In this document: positions 44,889-54,517 of the stretch, in pieces | Numbering within the stretch: the first letter of the stretch is position 1 | Layout: each line of letters starts with the position of its first letter | Source of the DNA: Candidatus Latescibacterota bacterium | GTDB lineage: Bacteria; Latescibacterota; UBA2968; UBA8231 | Reading direction: 5' to 3' | Assembly: GCA_965200315.1 (NCBI GenBank) | Contig: OZ241362.1 | Span: forward strand, 5,088,001-5,152,000 | Length of the DNA: 64,000 nt | Program-made: the position numbers and the translations under genes | The notes under the pieces: generated by a model | Told to the model about the DNA's origin: nothing | Database searches by the model: none | What the model saw: only the letters and a program-made list of their open reading frames with translations

Positions 44889-45005
44889 AGAAGCCCTAAC
44901 GCTTGCTGGGAGCGCGGGCGTCTCGCCCGCCCGTTGTCATTCCCGCAAAAGAACGTCACCCCGTGCCCCGACACGGGGCGGGAATCCAGTTTGGTTAGGG
45001 CCTCT
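44889..45005. mobile_element. MITE-like element containing nested REP-like palindromes
   Basis: Terminal inverted repeats AGAAGCCCTAAC (44889-44900) and GTTAGGGCCTCT (44994-45005), 11/12 match; internal hairpins GCGGGCG-TCT-CGCCCGC and ATTCCCGC...GCGGGAAT. Confidence 0.55.
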
Positions 45006-45091
45006 TAAAACCTCCGTTGGGTTGCTTGGCTGAGGCGGGCCAGCGGAACCGAAAAATCCCAAGTCGCCCCAAACCGATATGAGGTCATCCA

Positions 45092-45904
45092 ATGAATCAG
45101 CTTGAAGGACAAATCGCCGTCGTCACGGGCGGTGCCCAAGGCTTAGGACTAGGAATTGCCCGGCAATTGGCCAGCGACGGGGCCAGCGTGGTCATCGCCG
45201 ACCGGCAGGAGGACAAGGCGTGCGAGGAGGCCGCGAAGCTCCAAGAAGAGGACCTAACCGTACGGGCCGTGGCGCTCGATATAACCGACAGCACTGCGGT
45301 GACTTCCTTTTTCGCCGAGCTAGCTGCCGAAGAGGAGCGGGTGGACATCCTGATCAACAACGCTGGCACGGGTCAGCAGGTCGCCCCGATAGTCGAGCTA
45401 GAGGACGCCGAATGGCACCGGGTGATGGACGTGACTCTGACTGGAGCCTTTTACTGCTGCCGCGCTGCTGGACGCATCATGGAAGAACAGGAGTCCGGTT
45501 GCATCGTCAACATCTCCTCGATCAACGGCCAGAATCCGGCGGCGCTCGTGGCCGCGTATAACATCGCCAAGGCCGGTATCATCAGCCTCACCCGAACCTT
45601 GGCGCTGGAATTGGCCGCGTACGGTGTGCGGGTCAATGCCGTGTGTCCGGGGCCGGTGTACACGGAATTCAACCAGCGCAACATGGCCCAACGCCGCGTC
45701 ACGTTAGGGATAACCGAAGAAGAAATGATTGAGCGCATTCGCACGGCCATTCCCTTGGGACGCTGGGGCGAGCCAGAAGATATTGCCCAAGGCGTGGCCT
45801 TCTTGTGCAGCCCGGCGGCCGCGTGGATCACCGGCGAAGTGCTCCGCGTCAGCGGCGGCATGGAAGGCGTGTCGGCCACACCGCCGAAAAGGCCGCGCCA
45901 ATAG
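45092..45904 (+). CDS. Short-chain dehydrogenase/reductase (FabG-like)
   Basis: TGGAQGLG, NNAG, YNIAK (YxxxK), VNAVCPG. Confidence 0.92.
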   Translation: MNQLEGQIAVVTGGAQGLGLGIARQLASDGASVVIADRQEDKACEEAAKLQEEDLTVRAVALDITDSTAVTSFFAELAAEEERVDILINNAGTGQQVAPIVELEDAEWHRVMDVTLTGAFYCCRAAGRIMEEQESGCIVNISSINGQNPAALVAAYNIAKAGIISLTRTLALELAAYGVRVNAVCPGPVYTEFNQRNMAQRRVTLGITEEEMIERIRTAIPLGRWGEPEDIAQGVAFLCSPAAAWITGEVLRVSGGMEGVSATPPKRPRQ

Positions 45905-45914
45905 GGGATATCGC

Positions 45915-47876
45915 ATGACTACGACTAATCAGGCGCAATGGACGTCCTATCTGCTGCCCCTGCCGCACGAGATTAGCATTGCCGACAGCGTTCGCTGTAA
46001 GTCGGGCGAAGTGGGCATCGCGCTGCGGGATCAAGCCGGGCCAATCGAGAAGCAGGGGGCCACCGAACTGGAGGCACTGTTCATTGAAAAGGGAAAAGTA
46101 CAGCCAAATGGTGGGGCCTTCACCATCGACATTGGCGTAGCCGCGGCAAACAGCGCGGCGATTGAACGGCTCCAGAGCTTGCAAAATAAGGCCCAAGCGT
46201 ACCTCATTAAGCCACGGGGGCGAGACGGTCTGGTGCTGACGGGTTTAGACGAGCGCGGCGTGTACTATGCCTGCCAGACCCTGATCCAATTGCTCGAACC
46301 CGAAATGAGTCCAGAGCAGGTGCATATCCCCTTGGCCGAGGTGATCGACTGGCCCGACATGGACGAGCGGGGCTTGTGGAATTTTCCCGAGCCTGCGACT
46401 TGGATCCCGTGGCTGGCCGCGCTCAAATTGAACTACGGCAAGATGGCCTCGACGCAATTGCATCCCATTGAACGCGGTCAGCGCAACCGGGCTACCATCG
46501 ACCGAGAACAGTTCAAAGCGGCGCGGCAACGGGCTTTCAATTATCTGCCCTATATCCTGCACCTCAACTTCCTGCACGAGTGCGGCCTTTTCAGGGCTTA
46601 TCCCGAACTAGCTGGCAAGGGAGACAGTGCTCTGACTGGGCGCTATTTCGCCCACAAGACAGGCAATCAGCATCGGGCTCCCTGCGCTTCGCAGCCGCTG
46701 TTGGTGCAAATCATACAAGAGTGGATGGAGGATATCGCTGAGCAGGGGGCCGCGGAAATAAGCTGTTGGTTGAGCGAACGGCCGGGGCAGTGCGGCTGTC
46801 TGGAATGCACGGCTGTAGGGCAGTTTGTGCTGGAATCGCGGGCTTTTGTCGCGGCTTGGCGGCAGGCCCAAAAGCACTATCCCAATTTGCAGATTCGCAT
46901 CTTTTTATCCACCACCACCACCGTGCGCAACTATCGGGTGCTGGACGAATTGCCCCCAGAGGTGAAGATCGAGCGGGCCTGTGCCACCGAACTGGAGCGC
47001 GTGTTGCACAGGCCGCGCGATTTAATGGCCAATCCGCTGCTAGATCACTATGCCGCCGAGGGGCGCTGGATCGCCAGTTACGACGTGCCCATTGCAGCCA
47101 ACGGCCGGGTCGATACACCCGAGTTTAAGGTGCCGCAGCGCTCGGCGCACCGCATGAGGGATTACGTCGGCCAATTGGTGCGGCGGGGCTATAGCGGAGC
47201 GTACGCCATGATGGCTTGGGGCGGTCCAGAGCGCCAGATTTGCAGTTTCAATATCCACGCCTTGGCCGAGTGGGCTTGGCATATGCAGGGCCGCGACGAG
47301 AAGGAATTCGCCTTGGCTTGGGCCCGGCGGGAAGGCTATGCCCAGCCAGAAGCTGTGGCCGAGTGGGCTGTCTTGATAGGGCCGGTGGAATTCGACGTGT
47401 ACGATTCCGATTTCCCAATATGCTATTCTTGGGGCAAGGCCGCGGAGATGGTGCGGCAACGGCAGCGGCCCTATTTGGGCGAGGGGATGTTCCGCTATTA
47501 TCTCAGCGTCGAGGACTTCGATGCCAAAGTCGCGATTTGCGACCGGGCCTTGGAAATTGTCGAGGGCCTTGGGGAAGCGGAGCTGGCCCACGAGACGCGG
47601 GTGGTGCGGTCCTATGTGGAATTGGCGCACGGCGTCTATTGGGTAGCCGAGCAGATGGCCACACTCGACCTAGCGGATATGGAAAACCAAGCACTGGTGT
47701 GTGCCAGTCTTGATCAGTTGCAAAAGGCGGGGCAGGACAATGCTCAGGCCATTGGGGATTGGCGCGCTGGCTTGGGCAGTGAGCCGTGGCACTACCGGGT
47801 ACACGATGCCATTAAGGGCACGGAGACGACCGTGGCGGAGATCGTCCAATGCGTCGCTGATAGTTATTTGTATTGA
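45915..47876 (+). CDS. Hypothetical protein with GH20 zincin-like N-terminal domain
   Basis: Start ATG 45915; LLPLPHEI, QAYLI, LTGLDERGVYYACQTLIQL, IDWPDMDERG. Confidence 0.65.
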   Translation: MTTTNQAQWTSYLLPLPHEISIADSVRCKSGEVGIALRDQAGPIEKQGATELEALFIEKGKVQPNGGAFTIDIGVAAANSAAIERLQSLQNKAQAYLIKPRGRDGLVLTGLDERGVYYACQTLIQLLEPEMSPEQVHIPLAEVIDWPDMDERGLWNFPEPATWIPWLAALKLNYGKMASTQLHPIERGQRNRATIDREQFKAARQRAFNYLPYILHLNFLHECGLFRAYPELAGKGDSALTGRYFAHKTGNQHRAPCASQPLLVQIIQEWMEDIAEQGAAEISCWLSERPGQCGCLECTAVGQFVLESRAFVAAWRQAQKHYPNLQIRIFLSTTTTVRNYRVLDELPPEVKIERACATELERVLHRPRDLMANPLLDHYAAEGRWIASYDVPIAANGRVDTPEFKVPQRSAHRMRDYVGQLVRRGYSGAYAMMAWGGPERQICSFNIHALAEWAWHMQGRDEKEFALAWARREGYAQPEAVAEWAVLIGPVEFDVYDSDFPICYSWGKAAEMVRQRQRPYLGEGMFRYYLSVEDFDAKVAICDRALEIVEGLGEAELAHETRVVRSYVELAHGVYWVAEQMATLDLADMENQALVCASLDQLQKAGQDNAQAIGDWRAGLGSEPWHYRVHDAIKGTETTVAEIVQCVADSYLY

Positions 47877-47895
47877 TAGAGATTAGGCATAATAC

Positions 47896-48110
47896 TTGTT
47901 AGATCAGTATCGCCGATTGTGGAGAGTACAACATGCTGATGACCGCAACCATTGGCTGCGCCTAGGTCGGACCGATTTGCTTTATGGTGTATTGTCTGTT
48001 GCCGGCACTCTGACAATTTGGTGTTACGCAATTTTCCGTGGTCTCATGGGCATGATCACCATCGGCGATGTTAGCTTGGCCTTCCAAGCTGCCGAGCAAG
48101 GACGTTCCCG
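47896..48110 (+). pseudogene. ABC exporter transmembrane-domain fragment
   Basis: LDQYRRLW...YAIFRGLMGMITIGDVSL.FQA resembles an internal ABC-B exporter segment; no ATPase domain. Confidence 0.4.
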
Positions 48111-48200
48111 TTATGGTTGGTTTTTCTGTTCGTATCATGGTAGCGATCTGTCAAGAAGACCGCGGCAAGATGTGCGGCATTCCACGCGCCCTGAACCTCC

Positions 48201-50441
48201 TCACCTCTGCCAATAGTACGACACTTTGAGTTGCAATGAGCGGCTGGCTTGTTGCAGCCCTCCCTCCGCATCCCAGACCTGATTGTACACAATGAACAGA
48301 TCGCTGCCGGGCAGGTAGCGGTAGTTGAATAGGAAATTGCCACCCACTAGCTCTTGGGCGCTGTTCCACTGCAAGAAGCCGCGCCCGAACATATGGGGCG
48401 AGAAGGAATAGAGGAAGCGGTGCCCGAACAAGTGGGTGTTGAAGGCACCGTTGGGCAGGTTGATGTGGTTGAACTCGTAGGTGCCTTCCAGTGCTAGGCG
48501 GGCATTGTAGCGCCAGACGGCCTCGGTGGAGACGCGCTGGCGGGTGCCGTTGAAGAAATCGCCGTATTCGTACGAAGCGCGGCCCGAGAGGCGGCGGCTC
48601 GAATTGGCGAAGAAATTGAACTGGTAGCTGCCAAATTCGTACGGGCCCGGAGGGATTTCTTGGTCGTCGCGTATCTCAAAAGACTCGTCCAAAAACTCGT
48701 AGCGCTGCTGGTAGCGCACCCCTAACCAGTCGCCTATTGCCAAATTGACAAAAGCGGAGAATTGAAAGTCGCGGCTTTGTAAGGTGTTGCCCCGATCCAT
48801 CAGGTAGGTAAAGCGCGGCCCGAGCGAGAACATGCGGATCCAGCCGATGTCTGGACGGGGCCGGTAGCGCCCGCTGCCTTTGAAGCGACGGATGTCAGTG
48901 CGCGGTACAAAGCCCACTTCGGGCACAAAGTCCTCTTCCACATCCAGATAGCTCAGGCGGGTCTCAAAGCGGCCTTGGCGGTAGTCCAGTTCCAGCAGGC
49001 CGGCCCGGTCGCGGCCCTCCACTTGGGGAGTCCAAGTCTTGGCGGCAAAGCCGCGCAGGTTGAAGGCGGCTTGCCACAGCGACACAGTGAAATCCACGCC
49101 GCCGGTGCGGTTGTAGTCGGCTTCGGAGCCGGGTTGCTTGTCAATGGCTATAAAGCCGAGGTTGGAACGGCCCAGTATGTCGCGCTTGATACGCAGGACT
49201 GTAAAGTCGGTCTGGGCTACGTGCAGGGTGTCGACGATGGTGTCCCCACTTAGATCGACTTGGGCCTCGTGCTCTTCCTCTTCATCGACAAAGGTCATGG
49301 CTTGGGTGGTCATGCGCAGGGCACCAATTTGGTAGGGGCCAGCTCGTCCGGTGAGTTTGCCTCCGGCCAATACGGGCAGATTGTGGCCATCTTCAATGCC
49401 AATGCGACGGCTGTAGAACAGCAGGGTGGGTGGCCGGCCGCCGAAGCCCTGCCTTTCGACTCGTTCGCCAAATTCAAAAATGCCGGCTCCTTCGAGGAAG
49501 AAGTCGCGTTTTTCGGGGAAGAACAGGCTGAAGCGGGTGAGGTTTATTTGCTCTTGGTCGGCTTCTACTTGGGCGAAGTCGGTTTTGTAGGACAGGTCTA
49601 AAGTCAGCGAAGGCGTGAGGCCGTATTTGAAATCTAGGCCCGGGTCTAGGTCGCGTTCCGCAGAGCTGTCGGCGTTAAAATCGCGCCGGGAGCCGCTTAG
49701 CAAGAAGGGGACGACCGCTAGGGGTGGGCGGCTCTGCAACCGACCCAAACCTGTCAGGACGGCCAGACGCGAGGTGCGGTAGCGGCCTCTAAAGCCATAG
49801 GATTGGGGCGGGGGAACGAGGAAGACTTCCTCGTTTTTGCGGCGAATGGCGCGGCCAATGTTAATGCCCCACACGGCTTGGTCACTGTCGGGATAGCGCA
49901 CTTGATCGAAGGGAATGACCACTTCGGCGCTCCAACCCAAACTGTCGATACGGGTGCGGCTCTGCCAGACGCTGTCCCAGGCTTGATTGCGGGTGCGGCC
50001 CTCGTCAGTAAGCAGCAGGTCTTGGCGTGCGCCCAAGGGATTGGTGCTAAAGTAAAAGCCGCCGCGGCGGTCGTTATAGGGATCGAGGATAATCTGGATA
50101 TTGTCGTTTTCGTCCAACTCGGCATCGCGCCGCATTTGGTTGGCCACTAGGCGATCTGCCTCGCTGTCGAAACAGCGCAGGGCAAAGTACAGGTGATCGT
50201 CGTCAAAGAGGATGCGGACTTGGGTCTGCTCGGTGGGCGGGGCACCTTCGACGGGCTCGCGCTGGAAAAAGTCGGCTATGGTCGGGGCTTGGTGCCAGAC
50301 TGGATCGTCGAGGCGACCGTCGATGTTAGGGGGCGTGGGGGTGCGGGTGGCTTGGACGACGGGGGTTTCCCGGGCTTGGCTTGGTGCGGCGAGTAGCGCT
50401 AGGACGGCGGCACTTTTGGCAATGGACGGTAGAAGGTTCAA
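48201..50441 (-). CDS. CBM9-like plus DUF5916 outer membrane protein
   Basis: Signal peptide, IDGRLDDPVW, T.VRILFD, WSAEVVIPF, TDFAQVEAD..NLTRFSLFFPEKRDFFLEG, FYSRRIG, C-terminal KVSYYW. Confidence 0.85.
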   Translation of the reverse strand: MNLLPSIAKSAAVLALLAAPSQARETPVVQATRTPTPPNIDGRLDDPVWHQAPTIADFFQREPVEGAPPTEQTQVRILFDDDHLYFALRCFDSEADRLVANQMRRDAELDENDNIQIILDPYNDRRGGFYFSTNPLGARQDLLLTDEGRTRNQAWDSVWQSRTRIDSLGWSAEVVIPFDQVRYPDSDQAVWGINIGRAIRRKNEEVFLVPPPQSYGFRGRYRTSRLAVLTGLGRLQSRPPLAVVPFLLSGSRRDFNADSSAERDLDPGLDFKYGLTPSLTLDLSYKTDFAQVEADQEQINLTRFSLFFPEKRDFFLEGAGIFEFGERVERQGFGGRPPTLLFYSRRIGIEDGHNLPVLAGGKLTGRAGPYQIGALRMTTQAMTFVDEEEEHEAQVDLSGDTIVDTLHVAQTDFTVLRIKRDILGRSNLGFIAIDKQPGSEADYNRTGGVDFTVSLWQAAFNLRGFAAKTWTPQVEGRDRAGLLELDYRQGRFETRLSYLDVEEDFVPEVGFVPRTDIRRFKGSGRYRPRPDIGWIRMFSLGPRFTYLMDRGNTLQSRDFQFSAFVNLAIGDWLGVRYQQRYEFLDESFEIRDDQEIPPGPYEFGSYQFNFFANSSRRLSGRASYEYGDFFNGTRQRVSTEAVWRYNARLALEGTYEFNHINLPNGAFNTHLFGHRFLYSFSPHMFGRGFLQWNSAQELVGGNFLFNYRYLPGSDLFIVYNQVWDAEGGLQQASRSLQLKVSYYWQR

Positions 50442-50460
50442 GATACAGGCTCAGGGTTTC

Positions 50461-50574
50461 TCACTTGAGCGAGTGAAGCACTTTTGCCTGTACAGATTCT
50501 ACAATCGAATCCCGCATAAAGTCCCTGGCCTTGAGGATTTCAATGCCGATGAGTTCACCTTTGTCGTTGTATTC
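50461..50574 (-). pseudogene. DUF2283 (antitoxin-associated) C-terminal fragment
   Basis: Manual translation EYNDKGELIGIEILKARDFMRDSIVESVQAKVLHSLK*; the 5' half is missing. Confidence 0.55.
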
Positions 50575-50911
50575 TGCTGTGCCGCCTCGAACAGCTCTAT
50601 AACTGCATGGACGCGGTTATTGCCGACGGCCGCATCCTCGGCACGGAACTGCGCTTGCATCTCACTGATTATGAAGGCTGCATGGACCGCATTTTCTGCC
50701 GGGTCAACGATAGCGCTGTCTCACGCGCCGATGCCGCCAAGCTGGAAAACCAACTCGGCACTTGGCTCGTGGTGAAAAATCCCCCCATCCAGCGCGGCGA
50801 AAACCTCGTGCTCCTAGGACTTGACGGTTTGCAAACACCCGATCCGTGGCCGGTGCTGCACCAGTGCGAGGTGATGGTGCTGGGGTGCGATAGCGCCTAG
50901 GAACGCTACAG

Positions 50912-50962
50912 TAGGCGAATTGTCATTCTGAGCGGAGCGCAGCAGAGTCGAAGAATCGCCTA
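50912..50962. repeat. REP-like palindrome (GTCATTCTGAGC type)
   Basis: GTCATTCTGAGCGGAGCGCAGCAGAGTCGAAGAATC at 50922-50957, with near-inverted TAGGCGAAT / AATCGCCTA ends. Confidence 0.55.
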
Positions 50963-51056
50963 GGGCCATGACTAGGGGACAGTGCTCGTTCGGTTCGTAG
51001 CGGATGTTTGCGTTGGCGCGGGCTGATGACAAAAGAGACTCAGCTTTCCGTCGGGA

Positions 51057-52316
51057 TCACGGCGCGAATTGGTACACCACCGGCACCAGCGCAGGATCCG
51101 TAATGCTCGAGTCTGTGTGGTGATAGATATTGACGCGCCCGGTGCCGCAGTCGCCAAAGTCGTCGCAGGAGAGTACGCCGGCAAGCCCCTGAAAGCCGGC
51201 CGTCGCCCCAAGCCCCTCGCGCAGCGCGGCGCGATCCAAGTGCAACTTTCCGCCCTCCGCCACCGCAGTGGACTTGATGGCACTAAGCAGCACTGTCGTG
51301 GCGTCGTAGGCAAACGCCCAGAACACGGAGATAGGCGGTCCACCGTAGGTGGCTTCATACGCGGCGAGCACTTCGTCAGCACTCTTGCCGGTCGCCATAT
51401 TGACGTTTGAGCCGTGGCCCGACGCTACTGCGGCAAAATACATGTCCTCGGACTGTGGCTTACCGAGGAACCCGGACACGAAGCTAGCCGAGCCCGCAAT
51501 GAGCGTGGCATCTGCTAGACCGTCGAATGCCCGCGCCTGCTCGGCGAAAAGCGAGCCTTCCACTTCAAAGAGCGGAAAGAAGATGCCGTCCGGCCCCGCT
51601 TCCGCAAATTCTGTGAGGACGGACGTCATGTCCGCCTCGCCCTTCTCAATCGCAGCGGCGACTGCGACCTCACCGCCGAGGTCGCGGAACGCATTGCTAA
51701 ACGCGCCCACGAGGGCTGTGGTGTACGGGTCGCCGTCGTCGAGGACCGCCATGCGCCGCAGGTCCAATTCGCCGTAGGCGAAGTCGGCGAGCGCGTTCGC
51801 CTGATAGAGGTCGTTGTTATTGGTGCGGAAATAGCCGGGGTGATAGTGGGCATTGGCGTTGCCGGCGAGGTCGGATGTGAGCAAAGGCGATGAGTTGGAT
51901 GGCGAGATCATGGTCAGACCCGCCTCGCTGATGACCGGTGAGGCCGCTACGGCTGAAGCCGAGCACGCCGTGCCGACGACGCCAATCACCTGCGGGTTGG
52001 TGCTGATTTGCTCGGCCCCGGTGCGCCCGCCCTCTGGCGAACACATGGCGTCGATAGATGCTCCAAGGTTGATCTCGTGCCCGTGGATGTCGCCGAAGTC
52101 GCGGACGGCCAACTCGACGCCACGCCGCGTTACCTCGCCCAGCGACGCCGCGCCGGTGATTGAGAGCAACGAACGGATCTGCACGGCTTCACCCGCGCCA
52201 ACCTCGACTGCGCCGAGCGGTCCGGCCTCAAAGCCGAGCGGTTCATCGTCGCCGCCGCACGCTGCGACGAAAGCGGCCAGTAGCGCAATGTAGAATTTCC
52301 CAAGTGTATTACTCAT
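51057..52316 (-). CDS. Branched-chain amino acid ABC transporter substrate-binding lipoprotein (LivJ-like)
   Basis: Lipobox VAAC, VVGTACS, ISPSNSSP.LT, YFRT, AYDA; AGGAGG Shine-Dalgarno. Confidence 0.88.
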   Translation of the reverse strand: MSNTLGKFYIALLAAFVAACGGDDEPLGFEAGPLGAVEVGAGEAVQIRSLLSITGAASLGEVTRRGVELAVRDFGDIHGHEINLGASIDAMCSPEGGRTGAEQISTNPQVIGVVGTACSASAVAASPVISEAGLTMISPSNSSPLLTSDLAGNANAHYHPGYFRTNNNDLYQANALADFAYGELDLRRMAVLDDGDPYTTALVGAFSNAFRDLGGEVAVAAAIEKGEADMTSVLTEFAEAGPDGIFFPLFEVEGSLFAEQARAFDGLADATLIAGSASFVSGFLGKPQSEDMYFAAVASGHGSNVNMATGKSADEVLAAYEATYGGPPISVFWAFAYDATTVLLSAIKSTAVAEGGKLHLDRAALREGLGATAGFQGLAGVLSCDDFGDCGTGRVNIYHHTDSSITDPALVPVVYQFAP

Positions 52317-53679
52317 AGTCGTTCACCTCCTGATTAGGTGCTGGATAGATGCCCAAAAATTCGCGTGCTGGGTGGTGCGGCTCCGAGGGCGAGCGAGCGT
52401 CGGGATCGTTGACTACCGAGGTAGCGGGCGGCACTACGGGTTGCCCGTGGGCTAGGGGGTCGTCGGTGTTTTGCATCCACTGGTCGAGGCGCTGGCGCAG
52501 CTCCGCTAGGTGATCTTGGCAATTGGGGTCTGCGGCCAAGTTGTGGGTTTCGTGCGGATCGAAGACCAAGTCGTAGAGCCGTTCTCTCTCTAGAGGGCGT
52601 TGCTGCCAACCTTGATCGATAAAATAGTCTTTGGTTAGGCTGTCGTCGCAATTGGGCAGGACTGGATATTGGCGCTGGTCAAAGCGACGGATGTACTTGA
52701 AGCGCGGCGTGCGGATGCAGCGCTGGGGTTCGTAGTAGGTGTGGTAGTTTACTTCGGCGAAAATTTCGCCGCGGATTTCTTGCGCTTGGCCGTTTACCAG
52801 CGGCAGGAGCGAGGTGCCTTGCACGTGCCCGGGCAATGCGATCCCGGCGAGGGCGCAGATCGTCGGATAGATATCAACTTGGCTGACCAAGGCATCAACC
52901 ACTTGGCCGCCGCTGAAGCCGCCCGGGCCGCGCAGCACTAGCATGACGCCAATACCGTGGTCGGTGAGGTTGCACTTCATGGTGGGGAAGGCAAGGCCGT
53001 GGTCCGTGGTGCATAAGACGAGGGTATTGTCGGCCAAGCCGTTGTCTTGCAGGGCGGCGAAGACGCGGCCCATTTTGGCGTCGAGGGTGCGGGCCGCGTC
53101 GATGTAGGCGGCCAAGTCGCGGCGCGTCGCGGGTGTATCGGGGAAGGGCGCGGGCGGTCGCACATAGCGCGAATCGGTGGGGTCCTCGCCTTGGGGCTGG
53201 GGCGCAAAACCGCGTCCTTGGCGGTGGGTTTCGCCAAAGCCCACGTCCAAATAGAAGGGCGTGCGATGAGCTTCGGCCAAAAAAGCGGCGGCCCGCTCCT
53301 CGGTTTGGGTGTCGGGTGCCTCTTGGGGCAACAGGCGGGTGAAGCCGCCGTCGTTGACGTCCGCTACCACGTGCTGGAAGCCGGCCATGGCCGTGGTGTA
53401 GCCGGCCTTTTGCAGAGTGTGGGCCAGCAGCCGTTCGGGGTGGGGCAAAGTCCAGCCGCGATTGACCAAGCCGGTCATGCCACAGGAATGGGCCCACTGG
53501 CCGGTGAGCAGGCAGGCGCGGCTGGGCGAGCAGGTGGGGTTGGCGCAAAAGGCTTGGCGGAAGAGGACGCCTTCCTCGGCTAACTGCTGGATGTGCGGCG
53601 TGGGTATGGCGTAGCCGTAGGGTTGGACGTAGCGGCCAGTGTCGTGTGAGTGGATATAGACGATATTGGGGGCTGGCAT
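52309..53679 (-). CDS. Formylglycine-dependent sulfatase (sulfamidase-like)
   Basis: PNIVYIHSHD, CSPSRACLLTG, TDHG, LYDLVFDPHETHNLA. Confidence 0.9.
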   Translation of the reverse strand: MPAPNIVYIHSHDTGRYVQPYGYAIPTPHIQQLAEEGVLFRQAFCANPTCSPSRACLLTGQWAHSCGMTGLVNRGWTLPHPERLLAHTLQKAGYTTAMAGFQHVVADVNDGGFTRLLPQEAPDTQTEERAAAFLAEAHRTPFYLDVGFGETHRQGRGFAPQPQGEDPTDSRYVRPPAPFPDTPATRRDLAAYIDAARTLDAKMGRVFAALQDNGLADNTLVLCTTDHGLAFPTMKCNLTDHGIGVMLVLRGPGGFSGGQVVDALVSQVDIYPTICALAGIALPGHVQGTSLLPLVNGQAQEIRGEIFAEVNYHTYYEPQRCIRTPRFKYIRRFDQRQYPVLPNCDDSLTKDYFIDQGWQQRPLERERLYDLVFDPHETHNLAADPNCQDHLAELRQRLDQWMQNTDDPLAHGQPVVPPATSVVNDPDARSPSEPHHPAREFLGIYPAPNQEVNDYE

Positions 53680-53829
53680 GGGAACCTGTCGTTGGTCAAT
53701 GGTGAGAAGAGAAATGGGCACCCGTCTGTGGGTAGCACCTCATTTTTTGATGAAAAAAATAAATCCCATCATCAACTGCAATTCCCCAGACAATACCCAA
53801 TGCGGCTACCCGCTGATGTGCATCTTCGA

Positions 53830-54355
53830 CTGTTTGCTTTTCGACGATGGCACCTTCCCAGACTATGCGGCTGACCACTCCCTCGACATCAAAGACATGG
53901 TCAACGCGGCCGTCTGGACCTACCAAAAAATAGGAGGGTATGCCACGGACTTGGTACAAAGGACTCCAATTCCGAACGCCTCTGATCTATTATTTTGCGC
54001 AAGGCATCGACGGCCAAGTCTTTGTAGTCAATGTGCAGGTAATCGGGGAAGTGGGACCGCAAGGCATCGAGGAACTGATTGTTGGCCGCGCCTTGGCCGG
54101 AAAAGCGGAGGGACTGAGGCTGGTGAGGGTAAGTCTGCGTTGATGTGCAATTGGTCTCCCGGTTCCAGAAACAGCTTGACCTTCTCGCCGGCCATCTGCG
54201 CTTCCGTAAAACGACAGTTCTACCGAGAGGCAGCCCTTTTCGTAGTGGGACTTCGACGGTGACGGGCATATGGTAGATGGGCGTTTGCTGATACTCGAAG
54301 GCAATGCTGAGACGCTCCGCAGCATTGGTTAGCGCGGCGGTGACGCGATGCCGTG
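53830..54355 (-). pseudogene. Degraded TlpA/redoxin-like gene, copy 1
   Basis: Frameshifted pieces AFEYQQTP, LRFSGQGAANNQFL and thioredoxin-like C-terminus YQVRGIPSYFLVGPDGRV. Confidence 0.5.
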
Positions 54356-54517
54356 GGAAATTTCCTCTCTTGGGAATGCGGCTTGTGGACAGGAGCCAAA
54401 TTTCGTATTTCGCTTCCGAGCCTCGAATGGGTGCTCTAGGTGAATAGGAGATGGAATTTTTCGGGACTCTATCAATGCTCCTCAGGCATTGATCACACGC
54501 TAATAAGGAGGTCCACT

